Positions 10,479 through 21,106 of a DNA stretch of 64,000 nucleotides are shown in pieces. Position numbers and translations under genes: made by a program. The stretch is from an uncultured Planctomycetota bacterium. Lineage in GTDB: Bacteria > Planctomycetota > Planctomycetia > Isosphaerales > Isosphaeraceae. The DNA lies in contig CAVTTN010000002.1 in the NCBI GenBank assembly GCA_963737655.1, positions 3,488,001-3,552,000 on the forward strand, read 5' to 3'. Under the pieces are notes generated by a model. The model searched no databases. It saw only the letters and a list, made by a program, of their open reading frames with translations, and was not told the DNA's origin. The stretch's first letter is position 1. Every line of letters starts with the position of its first letter.

Positions 10479-13190
10479 ATGGTCGCGACGTGGATCGAGG
10501 CGGCGGCGAAGGGTCGGCATGGCGGGGCAGTCCGGGCCGGGATGTGGTCGGTCGTGGTCGTCGGGACGCATCCGGTCGAGGCGGACCAGGAGGTCTGGCT
10601 CGACGTGTGGGCCGATGACGTCGCCCTGGGCCCGTTGCCCGCGTTCTGGCTGGAAAACAAGGGCGTGAACAGCTTCTGGCACGTCCCGATCTCGCCCCAG
10701 TCGGTGGGCACCCGGCTCCGCTACCGTTCCGTGGCCCGGCGATTCGGGGCCGAGCCGGTCGTCAGCCCGACCCAGGACGTGATCGTCCGCCCGAACTTGC
10801 CCGATCGCACCGAGGTCGTCGCCTCGGTCGCCCCGGAGGGCCTGGTGGGCAACCGGATGATGGCCGTCCGGGTGGATGGCCGGGGGGCGACCCACGACAT
10901 CTATTTCCCCACGGTCGGGCTCCATTCCGACGTCCGCCCGGCCGAGGGCGACCTGATGCAGAGTCGCTCCCACTTCCGAACGATCGTCGGGGGGCTGGCC
11001 GTCGGCCGGAGGCTGGATTGGTTCGCCGAGAGGCTGCCGTGGGAGGTGTTCCAGAGGTACCAGGGGGCCACGAACCTCCTGGTGACCGAGCTGAGATGGC
11101 GGCACGGGCCGATCCGGGTCCTCGCCACCGACTTCGTCGCCACCGGGCCGAACTTGCCGAGGACCGCCGGCGGGTCGGAGTCGCCGGGCCAGTATTTCAA
11201 GAGGTTCCGGATCACCAACGAGGCCGACGAGCCGAAACGGGCCCTGTTTGGGGTCTACATCCAGGCCGAGATCAACGGCGGGATCGGCGAGCCGGGCCTC
11301 TCCTGGCACGATGGCGACCGCACCCTCCTGGCCACCAATCGCGGCCACGGCCACGCCAACCGCAAGCTGGCCCGGGATGCGACGGTCGAGTTCGCCCTGG
11401 CCCTGGACGGCCGGGGGGAAGTCCAGTGCGAGCCGACCGGGCCGAATGAGGCGATCTTGCTCCGGCCGGTGGAGATCCCGGCCGGAGGCTCGGTCTCCGT
11501 GGACCTCCTGGTCAGCGGCGCCTTCACCGGCTGGCGAGGGGACAGCGGTACGTTTGAGCACTGGCTCCGCCCGGCCCTGGCGTGGTTCCGCTCGGCCGAC
11601 CTGGACGGCCTGGAGCAGGAGGCCGCGGCGACCTGGGATGCGTTCGTCGAGCCTTTGCCCACCCTGGCGTTCCCCCGGCCCGCCTACGCGGTCAGCCTCC
11701 GCCGGTCGGCCCTGGCGGCGGCCCTCCATGCCGATGCCAAGTGGGGCTCGATCGCCGCGGGCTTCGATCGCGGCCTGAACGCCTACTGCTGGCCTCGGGA
11801 CGCCATCTGGGCCGGCAACGCCATCGCTCGGGCGGGGCATCCCGAGATCGGCAAGGGCGTGTTCGAGTGGCTGAGCCGGGTCCGCGGCCACAGCCGGCCG
11901 TTCCTCTACTGGTTTCAGAAATACACGCTCGACGGCTGGCCCGAGTGGGAGACCCCGGGGCTGGACCAGACCGCGATGATCCCGTGGGGCCTGGAGGCGC
12001 ATTTTCGCCGGACCGGCGAGGAGGAATTCCTCGCGCAGAACTGGCAGGTGATCGACCAGGCGGCGGCCGTCTGCTCGGGACGCTCGGGCCATCCGGGCCT
12101 CCATCGGCTCGACGACCTGGAGCTGATCACCTCGGCGGGGATCTGGGATAATCGCTACGGGGCCTTCCTCTACTCGAACGCCTCGGCCGTGGCGGGGCTG
12201 CGCTCGGCCGCGCGCCTGGCCGAGATCCTCGATCGCCCGGCGGAAGCGGCCTCGTGGCAAGAGCTGGCCGATCGGACCTGGAACCAGGGCGTCCTGACCC
12301 ACCTGGTCATGGACGAGCTGGGAGGCCGGTTCCTGGAGGCCCGGCGATTGTCGATCCGCCGAGGGCTCTGGGCCGACCGGCCCGAGGACTGGATCGACCG
12401 CTCGGCCGCCGTGGACATCAGCTTGCTGGGCCCGGTCGTCCCGTTCGGCCTGATGCCGGCGGGCGACCCGAGGATGAGGAGGTCGGCCGAGGCGATCCTG
12501 CGATACAACGCCGCCGGGGGCGACCCGAACGCCCTGACCTGCTGGTCGCCCGACCCGGCCCGCCGGGACACCCGAGACGCCCCGAGCGAGGCCCATCAGC
12601 ACGACGCCTCCAGCCTGGCCACCCTTTGGATGGCCCGATACCTGATCGTCCTGGGCCGGGAGACCGGCGAGGGGCGGCACTGGAACCGCGCCCTGGCGAT
12701 GCTCGACGACATCCTCGGCCGGCTCGGCCCCCTCGGCCTCTCGCTGAAGAGTCCCGTCGGCCGGGACGGCCCTCCGGACGGCCTCCGACCGGCCCCGGGC
12801 GTCTGGGGGCTTCACGCGATGCTGGCCGATACCATGCTCGACCTCGCCGGGCTCGATTACGACGCCTCGATCGGGGCCCTGTCGCTGAGCCCGGCCCTGC
12901 CCCCGGCCTGGCCCCAGATCGGGCTTTCGGGCGCCTACGGATGCGGGTCGGTCGCCTATCGCCTGGAGAGGCCCGTCGGAGGGGTGGCCCACCGCCTGAC
13001 CCTGGAGACCGACCTCCACCGGTCCACGAACCTCAGGATCGACATCGCCTGCCCCGGCCTGCCCGACCTCGGACCCTGGCACTCGCGTCCCGAAAGCCCC
13101 CCCCCGGGCTTCGACCGGGTGAACCGTCGGCTGTCCTGGACGTTCGAGCTCCCCTCCGGCGTCTCCCGGCACGAATGGACCTGGGGATAG
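10479..13190 (+). CDS. GH15/glucoamylase-like (alpha/alpha)6 protein
   Basis: Motifs GLVGN, YFPTVG, AYCWPRD, WFQKYTLDG, DQTA. Confidence 0.7.
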   Translation: MVATWIEAAAKGRHGGAVRAGMWSVVVVGTHPVEADQEVWLDVWADDVALGPLPAFWLENKGVNSFWHVPISPQSVGTRLRYRSVARRFGAEPVVSPTQDVIVRPNLPDRTEVVASVAPEGLVGNRMMAVRVDGRGATHDIYFPTVGLHSDVRPAEGDLMQSRSHFRTIVGGLAVGRRLDWFAERLPWEVFQRYQGATNLLVTELRWRHGPIRVLATDFVATGPNLPRTAGGSESPGQYFKRFRITNEADEPKRALFGVYIQAEINGGIGEPGLSWHDGDRTLLATNRGHGHANRKLARDATVEFALALDGRGEVQCEPTGPNEAILLRPVEIPAGGSVSVDLLVSGAFTGWRGDSGTFEHWLRPALAWFRSADLDGLEQEAAATWDAFVEPLPTLAFPRPAYAVSLRRSALAAALHADAKWGSIAAGFDRGLNAYCWPRDAIWAGNAIARAGHPEIGKGVFEWLSRVRGHSRPFLYWFQKYTLDGWPEWETPGLDQTAMIPWGLEAHFRRTGEEEFLAQNWQVIDQAAAVCSGRSGHPGLHRLDDLELITSAGIWDNRYGAFLYSNASAVAGLRSAARLAEILDRPAEAASWQELADRTWNQGVLTHLVMDELGGRFLEARRLSIRRGLWADRPEDWIDRSAAVDISLLGPVVPFGLMPAGDPRMRRSAEAILRYNAAGGDPNALTCWSPDPARRDTRDAPSEAHQHDASSLATLWMARYLIVLGRETGEGRHWNRALAMLDDILGRLGPLGLSLKSPVGRDGPPDGLRPAPGVWGLHAMLADTMLDLAGLDYDASIGALSLSPALPPAWPQIGLSGAYGCGSVAYRLERPVGGVAHRLTLETDLHRSTNLRIDIACPGLPDLGPWHSRPESPPPGFDRVNRRLSWTFELPSGVSRHEWTWG

Positions 13191-13384
13191 GTCCCCTTCC
13201 AGGATGGCGACGTCGTCCGCTCGGCACGGCCGAGGGGATTTCACCGTCGCCGCGTTGCCGGTCGGTGCTGGCCCTCCATAATGAGGGATGAGGGCGGAGA
13301 TTTCCGTCATGTCGGAAATGTTTGCCCGGTCCGGGCGAATCGCCTGGTGGATCGGGATCGAGCCGCCAACCGGAAACTCCCCCC

Positions 13385-14143
13385 ATGCCCCTGACCACGA
13401 ATCCCCCGGGGATCGACCGGGTCGCCCCGACGCTCCGGCCCTCGGGCCGCCCGGTGATGCGTCAGGACTGGTCGCACCTGCTGTTCCTCCACTGGGAAGT
13501 CCCCGTCTCGGCCCTCCGCCCGATCGTTCCGCAGTCCCTGGAGATCGACACCTTCGAGGGCCGGGCGTTCGTCGGCCTCGTCCCGTTCGCCATGAGCGGG
13601 GTCCGGCCGCTGTGGAGCCCGGCCGTCCCGGGTCTGTCGCGGTTTTTGGAGGTGAACGTCCGAACGTATGTCCATTTCGAGGGCCGCGACCCGGGCGTGT
13701 GGTTCTTCAGCCTCGACGCCGCCAACCGGATTGCGGTGAATTTGGCCCGGACGTTCTGGAACCTCCCTTATTTTTACGCGAAGATGCGGATGGACCGGCC
13801 CTCGGGCGGCCCGATCCGTTACCGATCGACCCGGGTCGATCGGACCGCCGAGCCTCCCGGCTGCTCGATCGCCTATCGCCCCGACGGGACCCCCTCGGCC
13901 TCGGTGCCGAAGACCCTGGAACACTTCCTCGCGGAGCGGTACATCCTGTACACCTCGGGGCGCCGGGCCCTGCTCTCGGGAAGGGTCCACCACTCGGCCT
14001 ATCCCCTGCAACCGGCCCGGTTGGAGTCGCTGGAGGAGTCGCTGATCGGTGCCTCGGGGATCGAACGACCCGCCACCGACCCGCTGGCCCACTACGCCTG
14101 GGGGGTCCGGGTCCTGGTCTATCCGCTCCGCCCCGTCGTCTGA
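13385..14143 (+). CDS. YqjF/DUF2071 family protein
   Basis: Motifs MRQDWSHLLFLHW, FLEVNVRTYV, GVWFFSLDA, FLAERY. Confidence 0.9.
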   Translation: MPLTTNPPGIDRVAPTLRPSGRPVMRQDWSHLLFLHWEVPVSALRPIVPQSLEIDTFEGRAFVGLVPFAMSGVRPLWSPAVPGLSRFLEVNVRTYVHFEGRDPGVWFFSLDAANRIAVNLARTFWNLPYFYAKMRMDRPSGGPIRYRSTRVDRTAEPPGCSIAYRPDGTPSASVPKTLEHFLAERYILYTSGRRALLSGRVHHSAYPLQPARLESLEESLIGASGIERPATDPLAHYAWGVRVLVYPLRPVV

Positions 14144-14172
14144 TCACGCCCTCCACCGCCCAGGAGTTTTCG

Positions 14173-14727
14173 ATGTCGAACCCTTCAACGAACGCTTCCG
14201 ACCCGATCACGCCATTCCTGCTGACGTTGCGGATCATCTGGGGGGCCTTGCTGTTCGCTCCCCTGATGTTTCTGGGGATCGTTGTGGGCGTCATGCGTTC
14301 GGGCAAGATCCTGGCGGCCGATCCGTGGACTGTGACGATCCCTTTCGGGGTCCTGGCCCTGGCGATGAGCGCCGGTTGCCTCCTTCTCTCGGCTTTCCTT
14401 CCCGGGGTCCTCGTCACGAACGGCCGGAAGGCCCTGGCGTCTGGCAAGCCGATGAGTTCGGGTCGGACCCAGGGATTGCCGGATGGGGATTTCGGCGGGC
14501 TCCTGGCCCTTTACAATACGAAAACCATCGTGGCCCTGGCCCTGGTGGAAGGCGCGACGTTCTTCGATGTGATCGCCTTCATGCTCGAAGGCAAGGCCAT
14601 CGTTTTGGCGGCGGTCGTCCTCCTGGTGGCGGTCCAGGCCACACGGTTCCCCACCCGGACCGGGTTGGAATCATGGCTGGACGACCAGCACGCCCAGCTT
14701 CAGGCGGAGAGAGGCTCGATCGGATGA
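14173..14727 (+). CDS. hypothetical membrane protein (~4 TM)
   Basis: SD AGGAG; hydrophobic segments; ALVEGATFF. Confidence 0.7.
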   Translation: MSNPSTNASDPITPFLLTLRIIWGALLFAPLMFLGIVVGVMRSGKILAADPWTVTIPFGVLALAMSAGCLLLSAFLPGVLVTNGRKALASGKPMSSGRTQGLPDGDFGGLLALYNTKTIVALALVEGATFFDVIAFMLEGKAIVLAAVVLLVAVQATRFPTRTGLESWLDDQHAQLQAERGSIG

Positions 14728-15119
14728 CCCCCGGCGTGATCGTCTTCGACGGCGTGTGCAACTTCTGCAACGCTTCGGTCAACTTCGTGATGAAGCACGA
14801 CCGCCGAGGCCGATTCCGGTTCGCCTCCAACCAGTCCGAGGCCGGCGGCGACCTGCTCCGCAGGTTCGGGATCGACCCGGGAGATGTCCGGACGGTCTAC
14901 CTGGTCGAAGGGGACCGGGTGTTTTCCCGATCCACGGCCGCCCTGAGGATCGCCCGGGGCCTGACGTTCCCCTGGAGCCTGGGCGTCGCGGGGATCGTGA
15001 TCCCCCGGCCGATCCGCGATTGGGTGTATGACCGGATCGCCGCCAACCGCTACAGATGGTTCGGGAAGACCGAGAGTTGCCGCCTGCCGACCGAGGCGGA
15101 GCGGGCCCGGTTCCTGTGA
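14724..15119 (+). CDS. DCC family thiol-disulfide oxidoreductase (DUF393/YuxK)
   Basis: FDGVCNFCN and RYRWFGK motifs; ATGA overlap with the upstream gene. Confidence 0.9.
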   Translation: MTPGVIVFDGVCNFCNASVNFVMKHDRRGRFRFASNQSEAGGDLLRRFGIDPGDVRTVYLVEGDRVFSRSTAALRIARGLTFPWSLGVAGIVIPRPIRDWVYDRIAANRYRWFGKTESCRLPTEAERARFL

Positions 15120-15143
15120 GGGGGTCGTTCGGTCCCCGTTTCC

Positions 15144-16604
15144 TCACCCCTTGATGACGCCGACCGGCCGGAGCCTGGCCACTTTCTTGGAAATCCCGGC
15201 CCGGTCCACGACCTCAACCACCTGATCGACGTCCTTGTAAGCGGCCGGTTGCTCCTCGGCGAGCCCCTTGTGGCCCCTCGCCCGGGCGATGATTCCCAGC
15301 GCGTCGAGTTCCTTGTCGATCCGGCGATTTCCCGCCAGGCGGACGGCGGCGGTCCGGCTCATCATCCGGCCGGCCCCGTGGCAGGTGGTGCCGAACGATT
15401 GCTCCATGCTCCCGGGCAGGCCGGCGAGGACCCAACTGGCCGTCCCCATGCTCCCGGGGATGATCACCGGCTGGCCGATCCCCTGGTAGGCGTCGGGGAT
15501 CTCGGGATGGCCCGGAGGGAAGGCCCGTGTCGCGCCTTTGCGGTGGACGACCACGGTCTTGCAACACCCTCCGCCGACGTCGTGCTCCTCGAACTTGGCG
15601 ATGTTGTGGGCCACGTCGTACACTAGGTCCATCCCGAGCGATTCCCACGGCTTTTCGAACACCCGGGCGAAGACTTCTCGCGCCTGGTGGGTGAGCAATT
15701 GCCGGTTGCACCAGGCGTAATTGGCCGCCGACCTCATGGCCCCGAGATAGGCCTGACCCTCGGGGCTTCGCACCGGGGCGCAGGCGAGCTGCTTGTCGGG
15801 CAGGGTGAACCCGTACCGCTTCGGCGCCCCGGCGAAGGCGGCGAGGTTGTCCTCGCAGACCTGGTAGCCGAGCCCTCGCGACCCGGAATGGATCAACACC
15901 GTCATCTGCCCCTCGCGAAGGCCCATCACGGCCGCCGCCGTCTCGTCGATCACCCGGTCTACCACCTGAACTTCCAGGAAGTGGTTGCCCGAGCCGAGCG
16001 TGCCGCACTGGTCGAAACCGCGAGTATAGGCGCGATCGCTCACGCGGTCGGGGTCGGCGCCGTCCAGGCGCCCGCCGGCCTCGGTGAACAGCAGGTCGCG
16101 GGCGGTCCCGTAGCCGAGATCGACCACGAACTTCGAGCCCATCTCCATCAGCCGGGCCAGTTTCGGCTTGTCGAACTTGTAGTTCCCGCTCTGCCCGACC
16201 CCCGTGGGGACGTCGCGGAACATCTGGTCGATCAGCTCGCGGATTCGGGGCTTCACGTCGCCCCATTCGAGGTCGGTTCGGAGCAGGCGGACGCCGCAAT
16301 TGATGTCGTAGCCGACCCCTCCCGGCGAGATCACTCCGCCTTCCTCGGGGTCCGTGGCCGCGACCCCTCCGATCGCAAATCCATAGCCCCAGTGGATATC
16401 GGGCATGGCCAGGCTGGCCTTCTGGATGCCCGGCAGGGTGGCCACGTTCACGACCTGCTCGGGCCCCTGGTCCTTCTTGATCTGCTCGATCAGGGTGTCG
16501 TCGGCGAAGATGATCCCATCCACGCGCATGTCGTCGCGATAGGATTTGGGGATCTTCCACTGGCAGGGGCCGATGCGTTCGAGGGGCCCCTTATACTCGG
16601 CCAT
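15144..16604 (-). CDS. rtcB: RtcB family RNA ligase
   Basis: Motifs MPDIHWGYG, GYDINCG, GTLGSGNHFLE, HSGSRG, HRKGAT, HGAGR. Confidence 0.95.
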   Translation of the reverse strand: MAEYKGPLERIGPCQWKIPKSYRDDMRVDGIIFADDTLIEQIKKDQGPEQVVNVATLPGIQKASLAMPDIHWGYGFAIGGVAATDPEEGGVISPGGVGYDINCGVRLLRTDLEWGDVKPRIRELIDQMFRDVPTGVGQSGNYKFDKPKLARLMEMGSKFVVDLGYGTARDLLFTEAGGRLDGADPDRVSDRAYTRGFDQCGTLGSGNHFLEVQVVDRVIDETAAAVMGLREGQMTVLIHSGSRGLGYQVCEDNLAAFAGAPKRYGFTLPDKQLACAPVRSPEGQAYLGAMRSAANYAWCNRQLLTHQAREVFARVFEKPWESLGMDLVYDVAHNIAKFEEHDVGGGCCKTVVVHRKGATRAFPPGHPEIPDAYQGIGQPVIIPGSMGTASWVLAGLPGSMEQSFGTTCHGAGRMMSRTAAVRLAGNRRIDKELDALGIIARARGHKGLAEEQPAAYKDVDQVVEVVDRAGISKKVARLRPVGVIKG

Positions 16605-16649
16605 GATCGATGTCCTTCGGATCGTCTTCCTTCGATCGGCGATCGGCCC

Positions 16650-16665
16650 CGCGAAGGGCATGCCG
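16650..16665 (-). promoter_or_regulatory. sigma54-like promoter candidate for rtcB
   Basis: CGGCAT-GCCCT-TCGCG (GG-N10-GC) about 45 bp upstream of the ATG. Confidence 0.35.
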
Positions 16666-16706
16666 ACTAGCTCGGACACGGCCCCCGCGGCGAGGTTCGC
16701 CGTCGA

Positions 16707-17804
16707 TCACGGGCCGATCCGCTCGCCGGTCTCCCCATCGAACAGGCTCGCGCGAGCCAGGTCCAGGCTCAGGGGCACGCGGTCGCCCACCCGGGGGGCC
16801 GCGCCGGAGGCGGTCCTCAGCCGGATCGGGCGATCGCCGACGGACACCGTGACGAGCTGGTCGGGCCCCCGGGGTTCGATCCGCAAAACCTTGCCAGTCA
16901 GGGATTTCGGGTCGAACTCCCCCGAGATCGAGACCGCCTCGGGCCGGACGCCCAGCCAGACGGGCCGTCGCCTTGAGGATCTCTCGCGGCCCGGCAGGGG
17001 GAGGAACGTGGATGCCCCCTGATCGTCGGCCAACTCCACCCCCGGGCCCGTCTCGCCGCCGGCGATCTCCGCCCGGAGGAGGCCCATCGGCGGGTTGCCG
17101 ACGAACTCGGCCACGAACCGGGTCGCGGGGTCGCGATACAGGATTTGGGGAGAGTCGATCTGGGCGATCCGCCCGGAATCCATCACGGCCACGCGGTCGC
17201 CCAGGGCGAGCGCCTCTTCCTGGTCGTGGGTCACGAGGATGGTGGTGACCGGCATCCGGCGGCGGATCTCGGCGATTTCGTCGCGGAGGGCCGTCCGCAA
17301 CGGGGCGTCGAGGCTGGAGAACGGCTCATCGAGCAGCAGGACCTTCGGCCGCCTCGCCAGGGCCCGGCCCAGCGCCACCCTCTGCCTCTGCCCTCCGGAA
17401 AGCGCGTCGGGCCGTCTCCGAAGGACGGCGGAAAGCCCGAGGAGGCCCGCGATTTCCTCGACCCGCGGGGCGATCTCGGCCCGGGGATGCCTGCGGGCCC
17501 GGAGGCCGAAGGCGAGGTTCTCGAAGACGTCCAGATGGGGCAACGGCGTGGGGCCCTGGAAGACCATCGCCACGTCCCGCCGGTCGGGCGGGATCGCCGA
17601 AACGTCTTGACCGCCGATGCGGATCGACCCCGAATCGGCGGATTCCAGGCCCGAGACCAGGCGGAGGATCGTGGTCTTGCCCGATCCCGACGGGCCCAGG
17701 ATCGCCAGGAATTCGCCGTCCCCGATCGCGAGATCGACGCCCACCACGGCCTCGACCCCGCCCGGGTACGTCTTTCGGACCTGATCGAGATCCACCGTGG
17801 CCAA
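16707..17804 (-). CDS. MalK-like ABC transporter ATP-binding protein (no permease adjacent)
   Basis: GPSGSGKTT, LSGGQRQRVA, LLLDEP, VTHDQEEA, C-terminal TOBE-like region. Confidence 0.9.
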   Translation of the reverse strand: MATVDLDQVRKTYPGGVEAVVGVDLAIGDGEFLAILGPSGSGKTTILRLVSGLESADSGSIRIGGQDVSAIPPDRRDVAMVFQGPTPLPHLDVFENLAFGLRARRHPRAEIAPRVEEIAGLLGLSAVLRRRPDALSGGQRQRVALGRALARRPKVLLLDEPFSSLDAPLRTALRDEIAEIRRRMPVTTILVTHDQEEALALGDRVAVMDSGRIAQIDSPQILYRDPATRFVAEFVGNPPMGLLRAEIAGGETGPGVELADDQGASTFLPLPGRERSSRRRPVWLGVRPEAVSISGEFDPKSLTGKVLRIEPRGPDQLVTVSVGDRPIRLRTASGAAPRVGDRVPLSLDLARASLFDGETGERIGP

Positions 17805-18346
17805 GGCTTCGACCTCCCAACGAACAGTCTACCGCGACGGCGAGGACTCCGCGAGGCGCCCGGATGCCGAAATGCCCGGGATCGAGACGCGGCACGACGC
17901 CGGACGCTTCTTACCTCGGATCATCGCGAGCGAGGCCCTCGACGATCACCGAATCCGCGGCTCGCGGGCTTCGCGCATTCCTGATCCACATATTGCAAGT
18001 TTTACAGTTTTTGTTTCGTGGATCTTGCACGGGCGCGCGCAATTTGCAACAAAGATGGCGCAATCCGGGCCGAATCGTGCTCAAGATGACTCGCCGCATC
18101 CTCTTGCAAATCGAGACCTTGCAGATTTTATAGCAAAATTTGCCGACGTGATCCGATCTACGTGCGCACGAGTCGTTGCGTGCCGGAATCCAGCCTGATT
18201 CCCGACCTTTTCGCGCAATCTCGACGAAAAGTGGAGTCAACTTTGTTGCGATCGAGGCTTGCCTGCATTTTATTGCAAATATTATTGATGAATTTCTCAC
18301 ATGATAATCTTCTTGAAGAGGGCGGCCGTCCAAGACCGTCAGCGGT

Positions 18347-18467
18347 GGTCCTTGCTCCACCACGGAGTCACCAGGGGCACGAAGGAAGACACAAAGAAGA
18401 TTGGAAGGCAGCGACATCTTTGTGTCTTCCTTCGTGCCCCTGGTGACTCCGTGGTGGAGCAAGGACC
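18347..18467. repeat. long perfect palindrome (51-bp arms, 19-nt loop), CACCACGGAGTCAC family
   Basis: 18347-18397 is the exact reverse complement of 18417-18467. Confidence 0.95.
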
Positions 18468-18603
18468 GCCTCCCTGATCGGCCCGGTCCGCCCATTCTTC
18501 CCAGTCTGACACCTACAGAGCGTCGTCGAATCCGATGGACCCTCTCCGCCCGGGGTGGTCTAATGGGGGCATCGCCCGACGGCCGGCCCCGAGGACGCCC
18601 ATC

Positions 18604-20916
18604 ATGCCGAGGAACCCCTGGAGGATCGCCCTGGCCGTGCTGGCCGCGACCCTGGCGGCGAGGGCGGACGGTCCATCGGCCCCCTCCGATCGGTTCTCGG
18701 ACGACCAGAAGAGGCACTGGGCGTTCCAGCCGGTCCGGCGGCCGGATTTGCCGGACGTCGTTCAGAAAACCTGGGTTCGGAACCCGATCGACCGCTTCAT
18801 CCGGGCGGCGAACGAGGGGCTCGGGTTCCCCCAGGCGCCGGAGGCCGACCGCCGGACCCTGATCCGCCGGGTCTTCGCCGACCTGATCGGCCTGCCGCCG
18901 TCGCCGGAGGAGGTCCGGGCGTTCGTCGAGGACCCCGACCCGCTCGCGTACGAGGCGCTCGTCGATCGCCTGCTCGCCTCCCCGGCCTTCGGCGAGCGGT
19001 GGGCCCAGCACTGGCTGGACCTGGCCCATTACGCCGATTCGAACGGCTTCGAGCTGGACGCCGATCGTCCCGACATGTGGCGATATCGCGACTGGCTGAT
19101 CCAGGCCCTGAACGACGACATGCCGTATGACCGATTCGTGACCCTCCAGGTCGCCGGGGAGGAGGCCGAGCCCGGTTCGGTCGAGGCGTCGATCGCCTCG
19201 GGATTCTGCCGGGCGGGGCCTCGCGAGGTCGTCTCCGGGAACATCGATCCCGACGTGAAGCGGCAATCCGAGTTGACCGAGATCACCGGGACCGTCGGCT
19301 CGACGTTCCTGGGGCTCACGGTCGGCTGCGCCCGGTGCCACGACCACAAGTTCGACCCCCTGCCCTCCGCCGATTATTACGGCCTCCAGGCCTTCTTCGC
19401 CGGTTCGCGGATGGTCGAGAAGGACATCGCCACCGACGCCGAGAAAACGGCGTTCGCCCGGGCCGAGGCAGTTGCGAACGAGCGGCTTGCACCCTTGAAG
19501 GCGCAGATCGGCGAGCTCGAGGCGCCCTACCGGGCCGCCCTGCGACGGCACAAGGAGGCGATGCTGACGCCCCTCGAACGGGCCGTCGTGGCGATCCCGG
19601 AGAAGAAGCGGACGCCGGAGCAGAAGAAGAGGGCCCAGGGCGTTCAGAAGGCCCTGAACGTGACGTGGGAAGAGGTCGCGGCGGCCGTCGCCGAGGACCC
19701 CGAGGACCACGCCGCCCGCGAGTGGCTGAAGCGAGAGATCAGCCAGATCCAGGAGTCCATGCCGCCCCCTCCGCCGAAGGCCGAGGCCCTGATCGACGAG
19801 GGCGACCACATCCCCGAGACGTTCATCCTGAAACGCGGCGACCCCCGGGCGAAGGGCCCGAAGGTCGATCCCCACCCCTTGCGGATCGCCCTGGCCAGCC
19901 AGCCCGACGACGCCTTCCCGCCGGTGGTCGAGCGATCGGAACGGACGAGCGGGCGACGCCTCGCCCTGGCCCGATGGCTGACCCGGCCCGACAACCCGCT
20001 GACGCCTCGGGTGATCGTCAACCGCCTCTGGCAGGGGCATTTCGGCCGGGGGATCGTGGCCTCCTCCAGCGATTTCGGCCTGAGGGGCGAGCTGCCGAGC
20101 CACCCGGAGCTCCTGGATTATCTCGCCTCCGAGCTCGTCGCCGGCGGTTGGCGGCTCAAGCCGATCCATCGCCTGATGGTCACGTCGGCCACCTATCGGC
20201 AGGCGACCAGACTCCCGGACGGGGCGGCCCGCAAGCCGTCGGAGGACGACCCGGAGGATGCGTACCTGTGGACGATGCCGCGACGGAGGATGGACGCGGA
20301 GGCGATCCGCGATGCGTTCCTCGTCGCCTCCGGCGAGCTGAACCCGAAGCGAGGCGGGCCGGGGGTCCGTCCGCCGATCGAGCCCGAGGTGGAAGACCTG
20401 ATCTTCACCGAGGCGGAGGTGGTGGACCTCTGGCCCGAGGCGGCCGACCGCTCGGAGCACCTCCGCCGGTCGATCTACCTGTTCCGCAAGAGGAACGTCC
20501 GCGACCCGATGTTCGACGCCTTCGACGCGCCCGACCGCCAGACCGCATGCCCCTCGCGGAACCGCAGCGTCCACGCCTTGCAGCCCCTGATCCTGCTGAA
20601 CGGCCGGTTCGCCCTGGACCGCGCCCGGGGACTCGCCGGACGAGTGTTCCGCGAAGCATCGGGCTCGGACGATTCCCGGCTCGATCGGCTCTCCAGGATC
20701 GTCGTGGCCCGGTCGCCGAGCCCGTCGGAACGGTCCCGATCGCTCGAATTCCTCGACTCGCAGGCGAAATTCCTCCGCGACGAACGGGCCCGGACCGGCC
20801 GACCCCTGGCCCGTCCCTCGTTCGCCCCGGCGACGATCGACGAGGCCCGGCTCGCGGCTTGGGTCGACCTGGCCCTGGCGATGCTGAATCGCGATGAGTT
20901 CTTGACCGTCCCTTGA
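18604..20916 (+). CDS. DUF1549/DUF1553 (PSCyt2/PSD1) domain protein
   Basis: Motifs [53 protein letters not shown]. Confidence 0.95.
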   Translation: MPRNPWRIALAVLAATLAARADGPSAPSDRFSDDQKRHWAFQPVRRPDLPDVVQKTWVRNPIDRFIRAANEGLGFPQAPEADRRTLIRRVFADLIGLPPSPEEVRAFVEDPDPLAYEALVDRLLASPAFGERWAQHWLDLAHYADSNGFELDADRPDMWRYRDWLIQALNDDMPYDRFVTLQVAGEEAEPGSVEASIASGFCRAGPREVVSGNIDPDVKRQSELTEITGTVGSTFLGLTVGCARCHDHKFDPLPSADYYGLQAFFAGSRMVEKDIATDAEKTAFARAEAVANERLAPLKAQIGELEAPYRAALRRHKEAMLTPLERAVVAIPEKKRTPEQKKRAQGVQKALNVTWEEVAAAVAEDPEDHAAREWLKREISQIQESMPPPPPKAEALIDEGDHIPETFILKRGDPRAKGPKVDPHPLRIALASQPDDAFPPVVERSERTSGRRLALARWLTRPDNPLTPRVIVNRLWQGHFGRGIVASSSDFGLRGELPSHPELLDYLASELVAGGWRLKPIHRLMVTSATYRQATRLPDGAARKPSEDDPEDAYLWTMPRRRMDAEAIRDAFLVASGELNPKRGGPGVRPPIEPEVEDLIFTEAEVVDLWPEAADRSEHLRRSIYLFRKRNVRDPMFDAFDAPDRQTACPSRNRSVHALQPLILLNGRFALDRARGLAGRVFREASGSDDSRLDRLSRIVVARSPSPSERSRSLEFLDSQAKFLRDERARTGRPLARPSFAPATIDEARLAAWVDLALAMLNRDEFLTVP

Positions 20917-20931
20917 GGCCGTTTTGGAGAC

Positions 20932-21032
20932 TCACCACGGAGTCACGAAGGGCACGGAGGAAGACACGAAGAAGTCGCGGACTCCCGAATGTCTTTGTGT
21001 CTTGCTCCGTGCCCTTCGTGACTTCGTGGTGA
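20932..21032. repeat. second CACCACGGAGTCAC-family palindrome (41-bp arms, 3 mismatches)
   Basis: Arms 20932-20972 and 20992-21032; homologous to 18347-18467. Confidence 0.9.
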
Positions 21033-21106
21033 AACCGACGGGTCCCCGAGCGAGTGGCTCTCGACAAGAATCCCCCGACCCATGGTTTCCAGGAGCGACG
21101 AACCCG

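Noticed and set aside
17982..18300. oriC call
   Set aside because: Only one near-consensus DnaA box and no dnaA/dnaN nearby.
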